From contig NC_043006.1 of NCBI RefSeq assembly GCF_006345805.1, positions 105,772,001 through 105,836,000 of the forward strand: a stretch of 64,000 nt of DNA. The letters run 5' to 3'. This document shows, piece by piece, positions 49,903-61,966 of the stretch. The stretch is from Octopus sinensis (lineage: Eukaryota). The notes below the pieces were generated by a model, which worked only from the letters and a program-made list of their open reading frames with translations, was not told the origin of the DNA and made no database searches. How positions within the stretch are numbered: the first letter of the stretch is position 1; the number at the start of each line of letters is the position of its first letter. The position numbers were made by a program, and so were the translations under genes.

Positions 49903-52617
49903 ACGGGAAGCTTTATGAAAATAGACAAAAGACGAAGGCAGGTGGGAAACAAACAAACAATTGTATTAGTATGGCGCTCAGGAAATATAAATAAAACAAG
50001 TCTTTAACGTTTCGAGCCTACGCTCTTCAACAGAAAGATACACAGAGAGAAAAAAAACACAGAAGGAAGGAGAGAAAAAAATGCGTGCAGTAACTAACGA
50101 ATCAACATGGCGATCTGATTTCGGCCAGAGGTCAAAGATCAAACATGAGAAGCGAGAGCGAAATAAGGGGAGATAATAGGGTTGATAATAGGGTTGAATG
50201 ACCAGCTATTAGTGCGTATGAGAGGTCTGGACGTGTGTATGTATAGGGTTGGTGTATGTATTAGTATGTATTAGTATGTATAAGGGTGTGTGTGTGTGTG
50301 TGTGTGTATGAGAGAGTATTAGTGCGTATGAGAGGTCTGGACGTGCGTAGGTATAGGGTTGGTGTATGTATTAGTATGTATTAGTATGTATTAGTACGTA
50401 TTAGTATGTATAAGTGTGTGTGTGTGTGTATGAGAGAGTTAAATGCGTATGAGAGGTCTGGACGTGTGTATGTATAGGGTTGGTGTATGTATTAGTATGT
50501 ATTAGTATGTATTAGTACGTATTAGTATGTATTAGTTGGTGTATGTATTAGTATGGCACATCATATATGATGTGATGTGTAAAGTCGTGTGGTGTAGTGT
50601 GGAGAGAGAAGAGGGGGAGGGGGAGGGGGGAGGGAGGAGGGGGAGGGGATGAGAGGAGAGGAGGAGGAGAGAGGAAAGAGGAGAAGGGGGAGATAGAAGG
50701 GAGTGAGGGGTGAGGGAGCAGAGGGAAGGGGAAGAGGGAAGGGGAAGAGGGAAGGAGGGAGGGAGAAAGAGGGAAGAAGGGAAGGGGAGTAGGGGTGAAA
50801 GGATGAAGGACTGAAGAAGTAGGGGTCGGGGGGAAGGATAGGTGAGGAGGGGAGAGGGGGGTTAGATGAGGAGGGGGGAGAGTTGAGACCAAATGGCGTA
50901 TAAGAGCGAAGAGAGAAGATTAATTCCTGTTCACGGCGCAAACGGGAATCCGGATGGCCTCTGTGTAAGGACAAACCGAACACAGATAGGTGTTGCAAGG
51001 AGTGACCGGTGGAGCGGAAATGGCGTGAGACCGGTGTGTCGTTCGCAAGGTGGATGTCACGAAGGTGTTCCGCGAACCGGTCAGCCAAGCGGCGTCCCGT
51101 TTGTCCGATGTACAATGGCAGAGAGAGCAAGAGACGCAATAGATAATATTGCTGGAGGTGCAGGTGAAGGAGTGGATGATGGGATAGGGTCGATGGTGGG
51201 TGCTAGTGAGGAGGGTGGTGTTGGAGAGGTAAGGGCAAGTGCGGCAACGTGGGCGGGAGCAGGGGAACGAGCCGGGTTGGGAGTAGGGTCAGGGAAGGAG
51301 CTATGGACCAAAAGTTCTCGAAGGTTGTGGGCTCGTTTTGAAAGAGGGGAGGGGTCGGTTAGGGAAGAGTGTGAAGTGGATGGTCGGACTGGAGATGACG
51401 GAAAGCTCGAAGAATGGTGCGTTGGAGACGTAGGGTCGTGGGGTGTAAGTGAGGGGAAAAGGGAGGCGGGAACTACAGGGCGGGTTCGGGAGAGAGAGCA
51501 GATACACGGTCCACGGACCTGCTCTGGCAAGGGCGGTGTGGATAGTGGTGAGGGGGTATCCACGTAGGGTGAAGTGGTGAGCCATACGTTGAGACTGAGT
51601 CTCAAAGTCATGGTCGTCACTACAGAGCCTACGTAGACGGAGGAATTGGGAATAGGGGATGGAAAGCTTGGTGTGTTCTGGGTGGGAGGAAGAGAAGTTG
51701 AGGTATGAGTGTGAGTCTGTGTGTTTGTAGTGAATGGAGGTGGTAAGAGTGGAGTGAAGAATGCTAACCGAAATGTCGAGGTAGGAGACAGAGGTGTTGG
51801 AGATAGTGGAAGTGAAGTGGAGTGCTGGATGGAAAGATTGGACGAAAGAGAGGAAGGAATCTAGATGTTCACGGGAGAGTGAGGTGGCACCGATAATGTC
51901 GTCAATGTAACGACCATATAGTTCAGGAGTGGGACCAGTGAAATTAGAGAATATTTGGGCCTCAACATAGCCAACGAACAGGTTCGCATAGTTGGGGTCC
52001 ATTCGCGTTCCCATGGCCACTCCCGAGACCTGATGGTAGAACTCGCCCGCGAACGAGAAGCAGTTCAGAGTAAGGACAAGTTCGGCCAGACGAATGAGTG
52101 TGGAGGTGTCAGGTACAGGGTTGGAGCGGAGGTCAAGAAAGTGTCGAAGGGCCTGCAGTCCTTCGTGGTGAGGGATAACAGTATAGAGGCTTTGGATGTC
52201 CATAGTAAAAAGGATTTTGGAGGAGCCGGGAGGAAAGGAGAAAGAGTTGAAAAGCCGGAGAGCATGGTTGGTATCGTGGATGTGGGAGGGAAGAGATGCC
52301 ACTAGGGGGGCAAGGACACGGTCGAGGTATTTAGAGATGAGTTCCATGGGGCAGTTACAGGCGGAGACGATGGGGCGGCCAGGGTTGTTGGGTTTGTGTA
52401 TTTTGGGGAGGAAGTAAATGGTGGGGGTACGTGGGGTTCGCACAATTAGGTTGGATGCGGTGTGGGGGAGACGGGAGGACGAGATGAGGTCGCGGACAGT
52501 AGAGGATACCGTCTGTTGGTAGCTACGTGTGGGGTTAGAGGGCAGAGGGGAGTAGAAGGAGGTGTCATTGAGTTGGCGGAAAGCCTTGGCCCTATAGAGG
52601 TCCGCGCGCCATACCAG
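49903..52617 (-). mobile_element. Penelope-like element (Neptune-type), 5'-truncated copy
   Basis: About 370 codons of uninterrupted RT (YFLPKIHKPNNPGRPIVS, TMDIQSLYT, GVAMGTRM.P.YANLFVG, YGRYIDD), then frameshifted CxxxxCxxC linker and GIY-YIG; terminal hammerhead motif; ends at (TA)n 49883-49902. Confidence 0.93.
50001..50038 (-). ncRNA. Minimal type I hammerhead motif, A6U variant, best-preserved copy
   Basis: UCUUU-CUGUUGA-A-GAGC(GUAG)GCUC-GAAA-CG-U-U-AAAGA: 5-bp stem I, 4-bp stem II, palindromic ACGU stem III. Confidence 0.7.
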
Positions 52618-53012
52618 GAGTAGGCGTGATTGTGTGGTAAGAAGCTTGCTTCCCAACCACATGGTTCCAGGTTCAGTCTCAATGCGTGACACCTTGGGCA
52701 AGTGTCTTCTACTATAGCCTCGGGCCGACCAAAGCCTTGTGAGTGGATTTGATAGACGTCAGACGTATATATACATGTGTGTTTGAGTGTCTGTGCTTGT
52801 CCTCCACCATTACTTGACAACGGATGCTGGTGTGCTTATGTCCCCGTCACCTAGTGGTTCGGTTTTTACCAATAGAATAAGAGATCGATAGAATAAGTAC
52901 TAGGCTTACAAAGAATAAGTCTTGGGGTCCAATTCTTCGACTAAAGGCTGTGCCCCAGCATGACCGCAGTCAAAGGACTGAAACAAATAAAAGAATAAAT
53001 TAAGAATATAAA
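52618..53012 (+). mobile_element. SINE family 1, full-length, at the 5' break of the PLE
   Basis: All family motifs; begins exactly where PLE homology (TGGTATGGCGCGCGGAC) stops. Confidence 0.9.
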
Positions 53013-53039
53013 AGAATGTGTGTGTGTGTGTATGTGTGT

Positions 53040-53080
<41 letters not shown>

Positions 53081-53337
53081 TGTGTGTGTGTGTGTGTGTG
53101 TACGCGTGTGTTTTATACAGTTCGAGTCAGCTTTATATAAATGTTTCGCAGTCGTTTCTAAAGATCTGGTTAGGTTGACTGTCTGCTTCCCACGAAACTT
53201 TAAGTAATGTGGAGTTGAGTCAAACTGTTATTAAATACATGTAACTCCAATCATGTCGAGTGTCGTTTATTCACTCAGATGTCTTCATGTGTGTGCATGT
53301 GTATTGCTTGTTTGTGCAGACAGACAGACAGACAGGG

Positions 53338-53402
<65 letters not shown>

Positions 53403-53434
53403 TACAGACAGACAGACAGACAGACAGATAGATA

Positions 53435-55181
53435 AGTTTCTTTATTGGCCACACAGGGCTGCACACAGATGGGACAAGTTACAAGGTAGAGCTTTTCTTT
53501 TGGGGGATGAAAAAAACAAAAAACAAAAGAAACAAGAAAAAAAGGGGGGCGTAGGTTTTCGATCAAGAGGGATCGTAAAAGGGAAGAAAAGAACAAAAAA
53601 AAAATTAATGAAATAAAATAAAAAAGAAAAAAAAGAAAAAGAAAAAAAAGAAAAGGAAAGGGAACAAAGGAAAAGAGAAATGAAGAAAGAAGAAAAAAGG
53701 GGAAAAAAGGGGGAAGAGGAAAAAAGAAAACCATCAATAGGGATCGTGAATCACAGTGTTATGATATATGGTGTAAAGGGGAAAGCAAGTAAGGTTTATC
53801 CGTGGGAAGAAAAGCCTACGAAAAGGACCGCGGTAACCTTGGTCAATATTGTTATATGTTACCACATTTGTTTGCAAGTGGGTAACCCTCTGTTTTCAAT
53901 TTCTGGGTTCATAGGATTATGCTCAAGGTGGCTTCGTCATTCATACGTGCCATCCTTGCTACATTCACCCATCTTTTTTTAAAACATTCGCTAGACAAAA
54001 CTTGCCTCTCTACTCTCACTTTCCTTTTCAAGTGGTACTTGAAGAAGTTGATGAGAGATTGACCAGAGAGGAAAGTGTTTGTCTCCAATCCTTTCAGACG
54101 CGTCCACCAGATACATTCTTTCGCCATAGCCACGAGGATGATGAAATAGCTCTCCTTCCCGTTTGAAGGAAGGAGGCGTGACAATATTGACGATAGACTC
54201 AGCTGATAAACCGACTCGTCCCACAAGTGATAGCAGTTGTTCGACATAAGCCCACAGGTCGGAAATTGTTGGACACTGCACGAGTGCGTGCAGAACGGTT
54301 TCGTCGCTCTGACCGCATCTCGGGCAGGTCGGCCCCGTGTTTCTCGAGCCGTGTCTGTAGAGCTTATCCCGAACGGGTAGCGCTTCTCGGTAGCACTGCC
54401 AGGCCAGGGATCTCTGGAAGTTGTCCATGGGCCCTGGCCCGAAAGTCGTCCCGAACAGGCGGGTCAGGTACTCCTCGTCGACGTCCAGGTTCGCCCCGAG
54501 CTCGTCGTCGTAACTCCCCTCCACTAATCCCCTATAGAATGCTTTGGTTGTGATGAAGTCACTCAAGGTCGACCCAGGACGACAGAGTTGCTTGAGAGCA
54601 ACGCGACACTCGCGGTGCCATTCGCCCTTCCTCGGCCTCTTTTTGATCCACGACTGCAGTTCGGTCATGGAGACGAGCTGCGGGAAAGCGTGCCTCACAA
54701 ACGTCGACCACACCTGTTCACCGTCGTCTACGAAGAGCCTGAGATGTCGCAGTCTCAGCGCGTGTCTGCGCATCATCAACTACGCGCATGCCCAGTCCTC
54801 CTTTTAACGGGTGTTGACAGCAAATGGATCGCCTGACCATCGGGACGCATCATTTCCACAAGAAGCGAAAGAGAATGCGTTGTAGTTTGGTGATGGTAGG
54901 GTCGGGACAAGGCACGACGGTCAGGCGGTTGTAGATGACGGACGCGATGTACGTGTTCGCCACCTCCGCCCGACCTTTTAGGGACAGTTTCCTCTCGGCC
55001 CATTGCCGGGCGAGAGTGACAACCCTACTCGTTATCTCGTTCCAGTTCTTCTCCACTTGGAGGTCCGGACCAAACCAGACCCCGAGCAACTCAACCGGGC
55101 CGTCGGTCCAGCGTCCCACGACGGAGGCGCTGGTGGACGGCATGGGCTTGCTTCTCCAGGTGCCTAGTCGCAAGACAGAGG
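53435..55181 (-). mobile_element. Tx1/L1-clade non-LTR retrotransposon, 5'-truncated (copy B)
   Basis: PVELLGVWFGPDL..LSLKGRAEVANTYIASVIY..FRFLWK..GGLG..zf CPRC.7H.4C; same 3' end AATAAAGAAACT as copy A; (GACA/GATA)n at about 53318-53434 and (GATA)n at about 55182-55234. Confidence 0.92.
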
Positions 55182-55235
<54 letters not shown>

Positions 55236-55399
55236 ATTTAGGTACTCTCTGATTCAAAGCGTTTATAAACGAACGCTTTATTTCGGCAACTTATAATAGT
55301 CCAATACGTCTCAATAACTGCAGTTTCATCCTTTCTTTATTCGCCTTTCATTTCTCCTTAACAATAGCAGCAACCATATTTAACTGCTCTATATCTATC

Positions 55400-55529
55400 T
55401 CTTTCTCGTTTCTCCCCTTCCTCCAACCTTGCTTATTTTCAATGTATCCCTCCTCTCACTTTTTCTCACAGATTCTCAAATTCCCACCTCTCTTTCAGTT
55501 TTCTTTCTCTCTTCTCTTTTCGGTTTCTT

Positions 55530-55574
<45 letters not shown>

Positions 55575-57030
55575 CTCTCTCTGTCTCTCATTCTTTTCAA
55601 CTGAGCAACAGCAAACAAGGATCATATGAAACATTTCTCCCTCTCTTTCTTTCTCTTTCTCACTCTTTCTCTCACTTTGTGACACTGTCTCTGTCTCCCT
55701 ATCTCCGTCTGTCACACTCTCTCTATCTTTCTCTCCCTCATTCTCTCTCTCTCTCTCTCTCTCTCTTCATTATTTCTCTTCAACTTCAGAGCGAACCGGA
55801 ATCACATCAAACACTGCTCTCAATATCTCACTCCACCTTTCACACTATCTCATATTCTCACTCTGATCTCTCTCTCTCTCTCTCTCTCATACTCTTCCTC
55901 TCCTCCTCTTTCTATACTCACAAACAACCATAAACTCCAGATTAATAGCCGTAAAATACTCATCAAATCTCCATACAGTCAGCTCCCAGTTTCACTCTTT
56001 AAAATCTGATTTACACATTCATTCATTCGCTCGTTCACTCACTCATTCAACCAGTTAGTCACTCCTTTATCTTGCCACAAAACGATTTTTCTTCTTCTTC
56101 TTCTTCTGCTGCTGCTGCTGCTGTTGCTTCTTCTTCTTCTTACTTCGCCTTCTGCTTCTGCTGCTGCTCTTTTTCTTCTCTTCCCCTTCTTTTACTTACT
56201 CTTCTCCATTTTCTTCCTCTTCTTCTTCTCCTTTTTTCTCCTTTCTCTTCTTTTTCCTCTTCTCCTTCTCCTTCTTCTTCCCCTTTTTCTCCTTTCTCTT
56301 CTTTTTCCTCTTCTCTTCTTCTTCTTCTTCTTCTCCTTCTTCTTCTTACCCTGCACCTCATCATAAACACTACCACTACAACCATCAGCAGCACCGACAT
56401 CACTTTCATTCTCCTCTTCATCCACGTCCTCCTCCTCCTCCTCATCATCATCATCATTGTAATGACTAGTGGCCGTGGTGGTGGTGGTGGTGGTGGTGGT
56501 ATTTCTCTCTTCCAAACTTCATTTTACTTGTTCCTTCTCCTCCTTTGCCTTCTCATCATCTTTTCCCTTTACCTCGTCATTATCCCCTTTTCGCATATTC
56601 TATCTTTCTCTTTTTCTTCCTCTCCTTCTTCCTCTCCTTCTTCTTTCTTATCTGCCTTTATTCTTTTTCATCATCGTCTTCATCTTTTTCCCTGGCTCTA
56701 TTCTCTTTCTATACTCTGTATAATTCTTCTTCTTCTTCTCCTCCTCCTCCTTCTTCTTCTTCGTCTTCGTCTTCTTTTCCCCTCCTCCTCCTCGTCTCTC
56801 TCCTCCAATTTCTTCTTCTTCTGCTTCGTCATCATCATTTCCTTTTTAGCCATCATCATAGTCGTCATCATCGTAATCTTATTCACCCCGCTCATCTCTT
56901 TCCCTACCACCACATCTTCTTCGTTTTCCACCCCACCTCCCTCCCTCTCCGTTCTCTCTCTCTCTCTCTCTCACTCACTCTCTCTCTCTCTCCTCTCTCT
57001 CTCTCTGTTTCCTCTCTTTTCTTCGCACTA
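55400..57030. repeat. Pyrimidine-rich compound simple-repeat tract (CT, CTT, CCT, CAT, GGT)
   Basis: Direct reading; source of poly-S/L/E/R ORFs. Confidence 0.9.
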
Positions 57031-57134
57031 TATGTGATTTGAACTTTGCATTTTAATGGAAAATCCCAGGCAAGAAATTACAACCGAGACACTGGGACTA
57101 TTTCATGTCTAAAGCAGATGATCTGAATGGCTAG

Positions 57135-57300
57135 TCAGTGACCCGCTGTAACCTGACGCTGATTGGCTGAACTTGTTTCTGATTTATGATGACGTGTTCA
57201 TGAAGTCTAGCAATTGCTGCTCGCTGTCTATTCCAGAAGCCCATCCCGCGCCAACGAAGATGTTCTGTGTTCCGGCGAGAAGGCTGTGCGCCAAAATTCG
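57135..57300. promoter_or_regulatory. Candidate promoter/enhancer motif cluster
   Basis: CTGATTGGCTGA (NF-Y-like, 57159-57170), ATGACGTG (CRE/ATF-like, 57189-57196), TCCCGCGCCAA (E2F-like, 57244-57254) and TTCCGG (ETS-like, 57270-57275) in non-repetitive, CpG-retaining DNA. Confidence 0.4.
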
Positions 57301-57356
57301 AGCTATATATATAAATATGCGTGAATATGTGTGTATGTCAGTGCGTGTGTGCGAGT

Positions 57357-57392
<36 letters not shown>

Positions 57393-57609
57393 GCGTGTAT
57401 GTGTGTGTGAGTGCGTGTGTATGTACGCAAGTAGGTATGAATGCATGCATACGTGTGCATATATGCATGTATCTATGTATGTGTATTGGCGTGCGTTTTT
57501 GAGAGTGTGCGTTTGCACATGTAGGTGTGTCTGCGCGAGAGCTTGCGTGTCTGCTTGTGGATGTATGTGTCTATATTCTCACATTCGTTTCTTTCATGTT
57601 CTTTCTAAG

Positions 57610-57655
<46 letters not shown>

Positions 57656-57932
57656 CTACATATCTATCTATATCTATCTACCCTACTCTTTCTCTCTCTT
57701 CTCTCTTTCTCTCGTGTAATCTCTCCAGTAAATATGTGTGTTTGTGTATGCCTCTATGCATCATATGATATAATATAAGCACATATATAATTTTTTGTGT
57801 GTGTGTGTATATATATATATATACACACACACACATACAAATACGTATACGTATTATATATTTACTATATATACATATGTACAAACACGCACATATACAT
57901 ACATGCATATATACACATACACCACACCACAC

Positions 57933-57999
<67 letters not shown>

Positions 58000-58004
<5 letters not shown>

Positions 58005-58614
58005 GCAAAAGAACGCAGGTATAGCCGTATGGCTAAGAGTTTTGCTTTTCAACGACATGTTTTCGGGTTCAATCCGTCTTTCTGGAACATTGGACCGAAT
58101 AAACTGTATGGAAAGTTGTTGTATGTATATGCGTGTGTGTGTGTTTTTGTATGTGTGTACGTGTGTTTGTTTGTGATATATATATCTTTGTGTCTGTGTA
58201 TGTTTCTTCTACTGCATGATAGAAAGTGCTGGTTTGTTTACGCCCTCGTCACTCAGCGGTTCGGCAAAAGTCCGATGTAATAAGTAACAGACTTAAAAAT
58301 AGAAATACGTACTGGGGTCGCTTTGGCGATTAAACTATTTAAGCCGGTGCCCCAGTATGGCCGCAGTCCAATGGCTGAAACAAGTAGAATAATAGAAATA
58401 TGTATAATAGTCATATATTATATGAAAACATACACACTTTCCATAGTTTCCGTTTACTATAAGTACTCACGAAACGTTATTCGGCCCATGTTCCACGAAG
58501 AGGGATTGAACCCGAAAACGTCGTTGCCGAGCGAACACCTTAGCCACACAGCTGTACCTGCGTTTATGCGTGTGTGTGTGTGTGTCTGAGTGCGTTTGTG
58601 CGTGTGAGTATGTG

Positions 58615-58646
<32 letters not shown>

Positions 58647-58656
58647 TACATATATA

Positions 58657-58714
<58 letters not shown>

Positions 58715-59322
58715 GCAAAAGAACGCAGGTATAGCCGTATGGCTAAGAGTTTTGCTTTTCAACGACATGTTTTCGGTTCAATCCGTCTTTCTGGAACATT
58801 GGACCGAATAAACTGTATGGAAGTTGTTGTATGTATATGCGTGTGTGTGTTTTTGTATGTGTGTACGTGTGTTTGTTTGTGATATATATATCTTTGTGTC
58901 TGTGTGTATGTTTCTTCTACTGCATGATAGAAAGTGCTGGTTTGTTTACGCCCTCGTCACTCAGCGGTTCGGCAAAAGTCCGATGTAATAAGTAACAGAC
59001 TTAAAAATAGAAATAAGTACTGGGGTCGCTTTGGCGATTAAACTATTTAAGCCGGTGCCCCAGTATGGCCGCAGTCCAATGGCTGAAACAAGTAGAATAA
59101 TACAAATATGTAAAATAGTCATATATTATATGAAAACATACACACTTTCCATAGTTTCCGTTTACTATAAGTACTCACGAAACGTTATTCGGCCCATGTT
59201 CCACGAAGAGGGATTGAACCCGAAAACGTCGTTGCCGAGCGAACACCTTAGCCACACAGCTGTACCTGCGTTTATGCGTGTGTGTGTGTGTGTCTGAGTG
59301 CGTTTGTGCGTGTGAGTATGTG

Positions 59323-59375
<53 letters not shown>
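58000..59375. repeat. Tandem duplication, 2 x about 710 bp, each unit with a SINE family 1 copy and an inverted SINE head
   Basis: ATATGCAAAAGAACGCAGG at 58001 and 58711; ORF pair 58323/59031 is offset by 708; boundaries lie in (TA)/(CA) runs. Confidence 0.95.
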
Positions 59376-59659
59376 TCTTTTATTCTTTTACTTGTTTCAG
59401 TCATTTGACTGCGGCCATACTGTAGCACTGCCTTGAAGGGTTTTAAAGAAGCAAATCGAACGAACCGCTAATTTTGTTTTCTTGTAGATGACAATAATCG
59501 GCCATTGACATAATAACACTGGTGATGTCCCAGTATGGCCACAGTCTTTTGGCTGAAACGCATAAAAGAATAAAAGAATAAAAGAATAAAAGAATAAAAG
59601 TATATGTATGTATGTATGTATGTACGTACATACATACATACATACATACATACATACAT

Positions 59660-60110
59660 ACGAGTGCTACTGGTAACATGTAACCCATTACAATCTGTTG
59701 CATGGTCGGGTCGTCGGCGTCTAAACCGGCAACCCCACCAAGCTTGCTTGGTGAGGGGCGTGTTTGTTGGACACCCTGCGGGATGAAAAACAAAACCCGT
59801 CAAAGGGCGGGGAAACTCTTGAGAGTCACCGACCATCCGATAAATATCTTAAGGCTGTATCATGCGCGGGGACATAGAAATAATCGGACTGAATACCCGA
59901 TCGCGCGGTTAAACCATTGGGAGTGAAGGACTCCTAGGCTTTGTTAGGGCATCCTTCTAGGAGAAGGTAACTCAGGTAACTGGGATAACTCCGACATAAA
60001 ACCTGCGGCTCAGTGGTTACCGATGATGTTGACTTGTTCTTCTTTTCGGATTATGGCTGCTGTTGCTTAGTGAGTGGGATTGACTCAGTGCACAGCCTTT
60101 TCTCACTTTA
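59660..60110 (+). mobile_element. RTE-like 5' UTR fragment, GC-rich and structured
   Basis: GGGCATCCTTCTAGGAGAAGGTAACTC..TAAAACCTG resembles the CTAGGAGAAGG..ACTC motif of RTE 5' UTRs; several hairpins; no ORF follows. Confidence 0.5.
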
Positions 60111-60564
60111 AAAAAATCTTCTTGCACAGGCATTGCATAATAACAACATTGATTAAGCTTCGCGCAATGGCTATACTCGATAACGAGGGAACAGTCACCA
60201 TGTATGTATGTATGTATGTATTTATGTATGTATGTATGTATGTATGTATGTATGTGTGTGTGTATGTATGTATGTATGTATGTATGTATGTATGTATGTA
60301 TGTATGTATCACGTGCAATGCCTTGCCCACTAAACGCAAATTCACACACGCGAACGTCTTAGAGTCTGGAAATGTCTGCACAAACTCGGTCACAAGTTGA
60401 CTTCCATCATGTATGTATGAATGTTTATGTCTGCTTGGTATGTCAAAACCAATTTCTGAGTATAAATCAAGCATACACACACAAATTCACTCATATACAC
60501 ACACGCACGTACACGCACGCGCACTTAATGAATGTGATCTTGCGTGCTTATGTGTGTGTGTAAA

Positions 60565-60953
60565 TGGTTTCAAATATTGACACAAGGCCAGCAATTTCAG
60601 GGGATGACTTAAGTCGATTACATCGACCCCAGTACTCATACGTACTTATTTTATCGATCCCGAAAGGATGAGAGGCAAAGTCGAATTCGGCGAAATGTGA
60701 ATTGAGAACGTGAAAGATGTACGAAATACCTATTTCTTTTTCTTTACTACCCACAAGGGGCTAACAAGGACAGACAAACGGATTAAGTCGATTATATCGA
60801 CCCCAGTGCGTAACTGGTGCTTATTTAATCGACCCCGAAAGGATGAAGGCAAAGTCGACCTCGGCGGAATTTGAACTTAGAACGTAGCGGCAGACGAAAT
60901 GCTGCTAAGCATAGCGGCCAGTATGCTAACGATTCTGCCAGCTCCACTACCTT
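60565..60953 (-). mobile_element. Two tandem SINE family 4 copies
   Basis: AAGTCGATTA.ATCGACCCCAGT..TTATT..ATCGA.CCCGAAAGGATGA..GCAAAGTCGA occurs twice. Confidence 0.85.
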
Positions 60954-61001
60954 ACGTGCATGTGTAAAAGGGTAGTATTGGGGAGTATTGTACGTGTGTG
61001 C

Positions 61002-61066
<65 letters not shown>

Positions 61067-61163
61067 CGTGAGCGTATGCATAAATATACCTATACAGACA
61101 GAAAAATAGATCGATAGACAGAGAGACGGACAGACAGACGGACAGACAGTCAGACAGACAGAG

Positions 61164-61229
<66 letters not shown>

Positions 61230-61496
61230 TCAGATAGACAGAAAGAAAGAAAGAAAGAGAGACACATACACAACTACATATACATATATGTGTGTTTAGA
61301 CAGGCACACATTGATACGTGTGCAGTCGTGGACATGGGTGATCAAATGACTATATTTGTAGGCCTGTGCCTCAATATACACATCTATATTCATTTACATA
61401 TAGAGTAAATTCTATAGATTTTCTTTCTAACTTGCAACACAACATGTAGGTGGGCACAATATATTGTATAATAATTATATAGATTCGTAAATACAT

Positions 61497-61855
61497 ACAG
61501 GCGTGGCTGTGTGGTAAGAAGTATGCTTACTAACCCTATGGTTCTGGGTTCAGTTCCACAGCATGTCACCTTGGACAAATGTCTTCTACAATAGCCTCGA
61601 GCCAACCAAAGCGTTCTGGGTAGATTTGGTAGACGGAAACTGGAAAGAAGCCTGTTGTATGCATGTATGTTTGTGTGTTTGTGTTGTTGCTGTTGTTGTT
61701 GTGTATGTCCCCCCACTACTGAGTGATAACCGGTGACCGTGTGTTTATGACCCTGTTACTTAGCGGTTCGATAAAAGAAATAAAAGGCTGACTCATCCTA
61801 AATTTCTTCAAGGCAATGCCCCAGCACGACCACAGTCTAATGATAAAAGATAAAG
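61497..61855 (+). mobile_element. SINE family 1
   Basis: CAGGCGTGGCTGTGTGGTAAGAAG head through tail GATAAAAGATAAAGA. Confidence 0.85.
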
Positions 61856-61966
61856 ATGTACACCCACATATACACATGCACTTCAGCACGCTCTCTCTAT
61901 GTCATACATACTCGTATATATATATATATGTATATGTATATATATGTATATATATATATATATATA

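Noticed and set aside
56072-57042. 321-aa and acidic/basic ORFs
   Set aside because: Trinucleotide and CT simple repeats; no domain, no convincing splice context.
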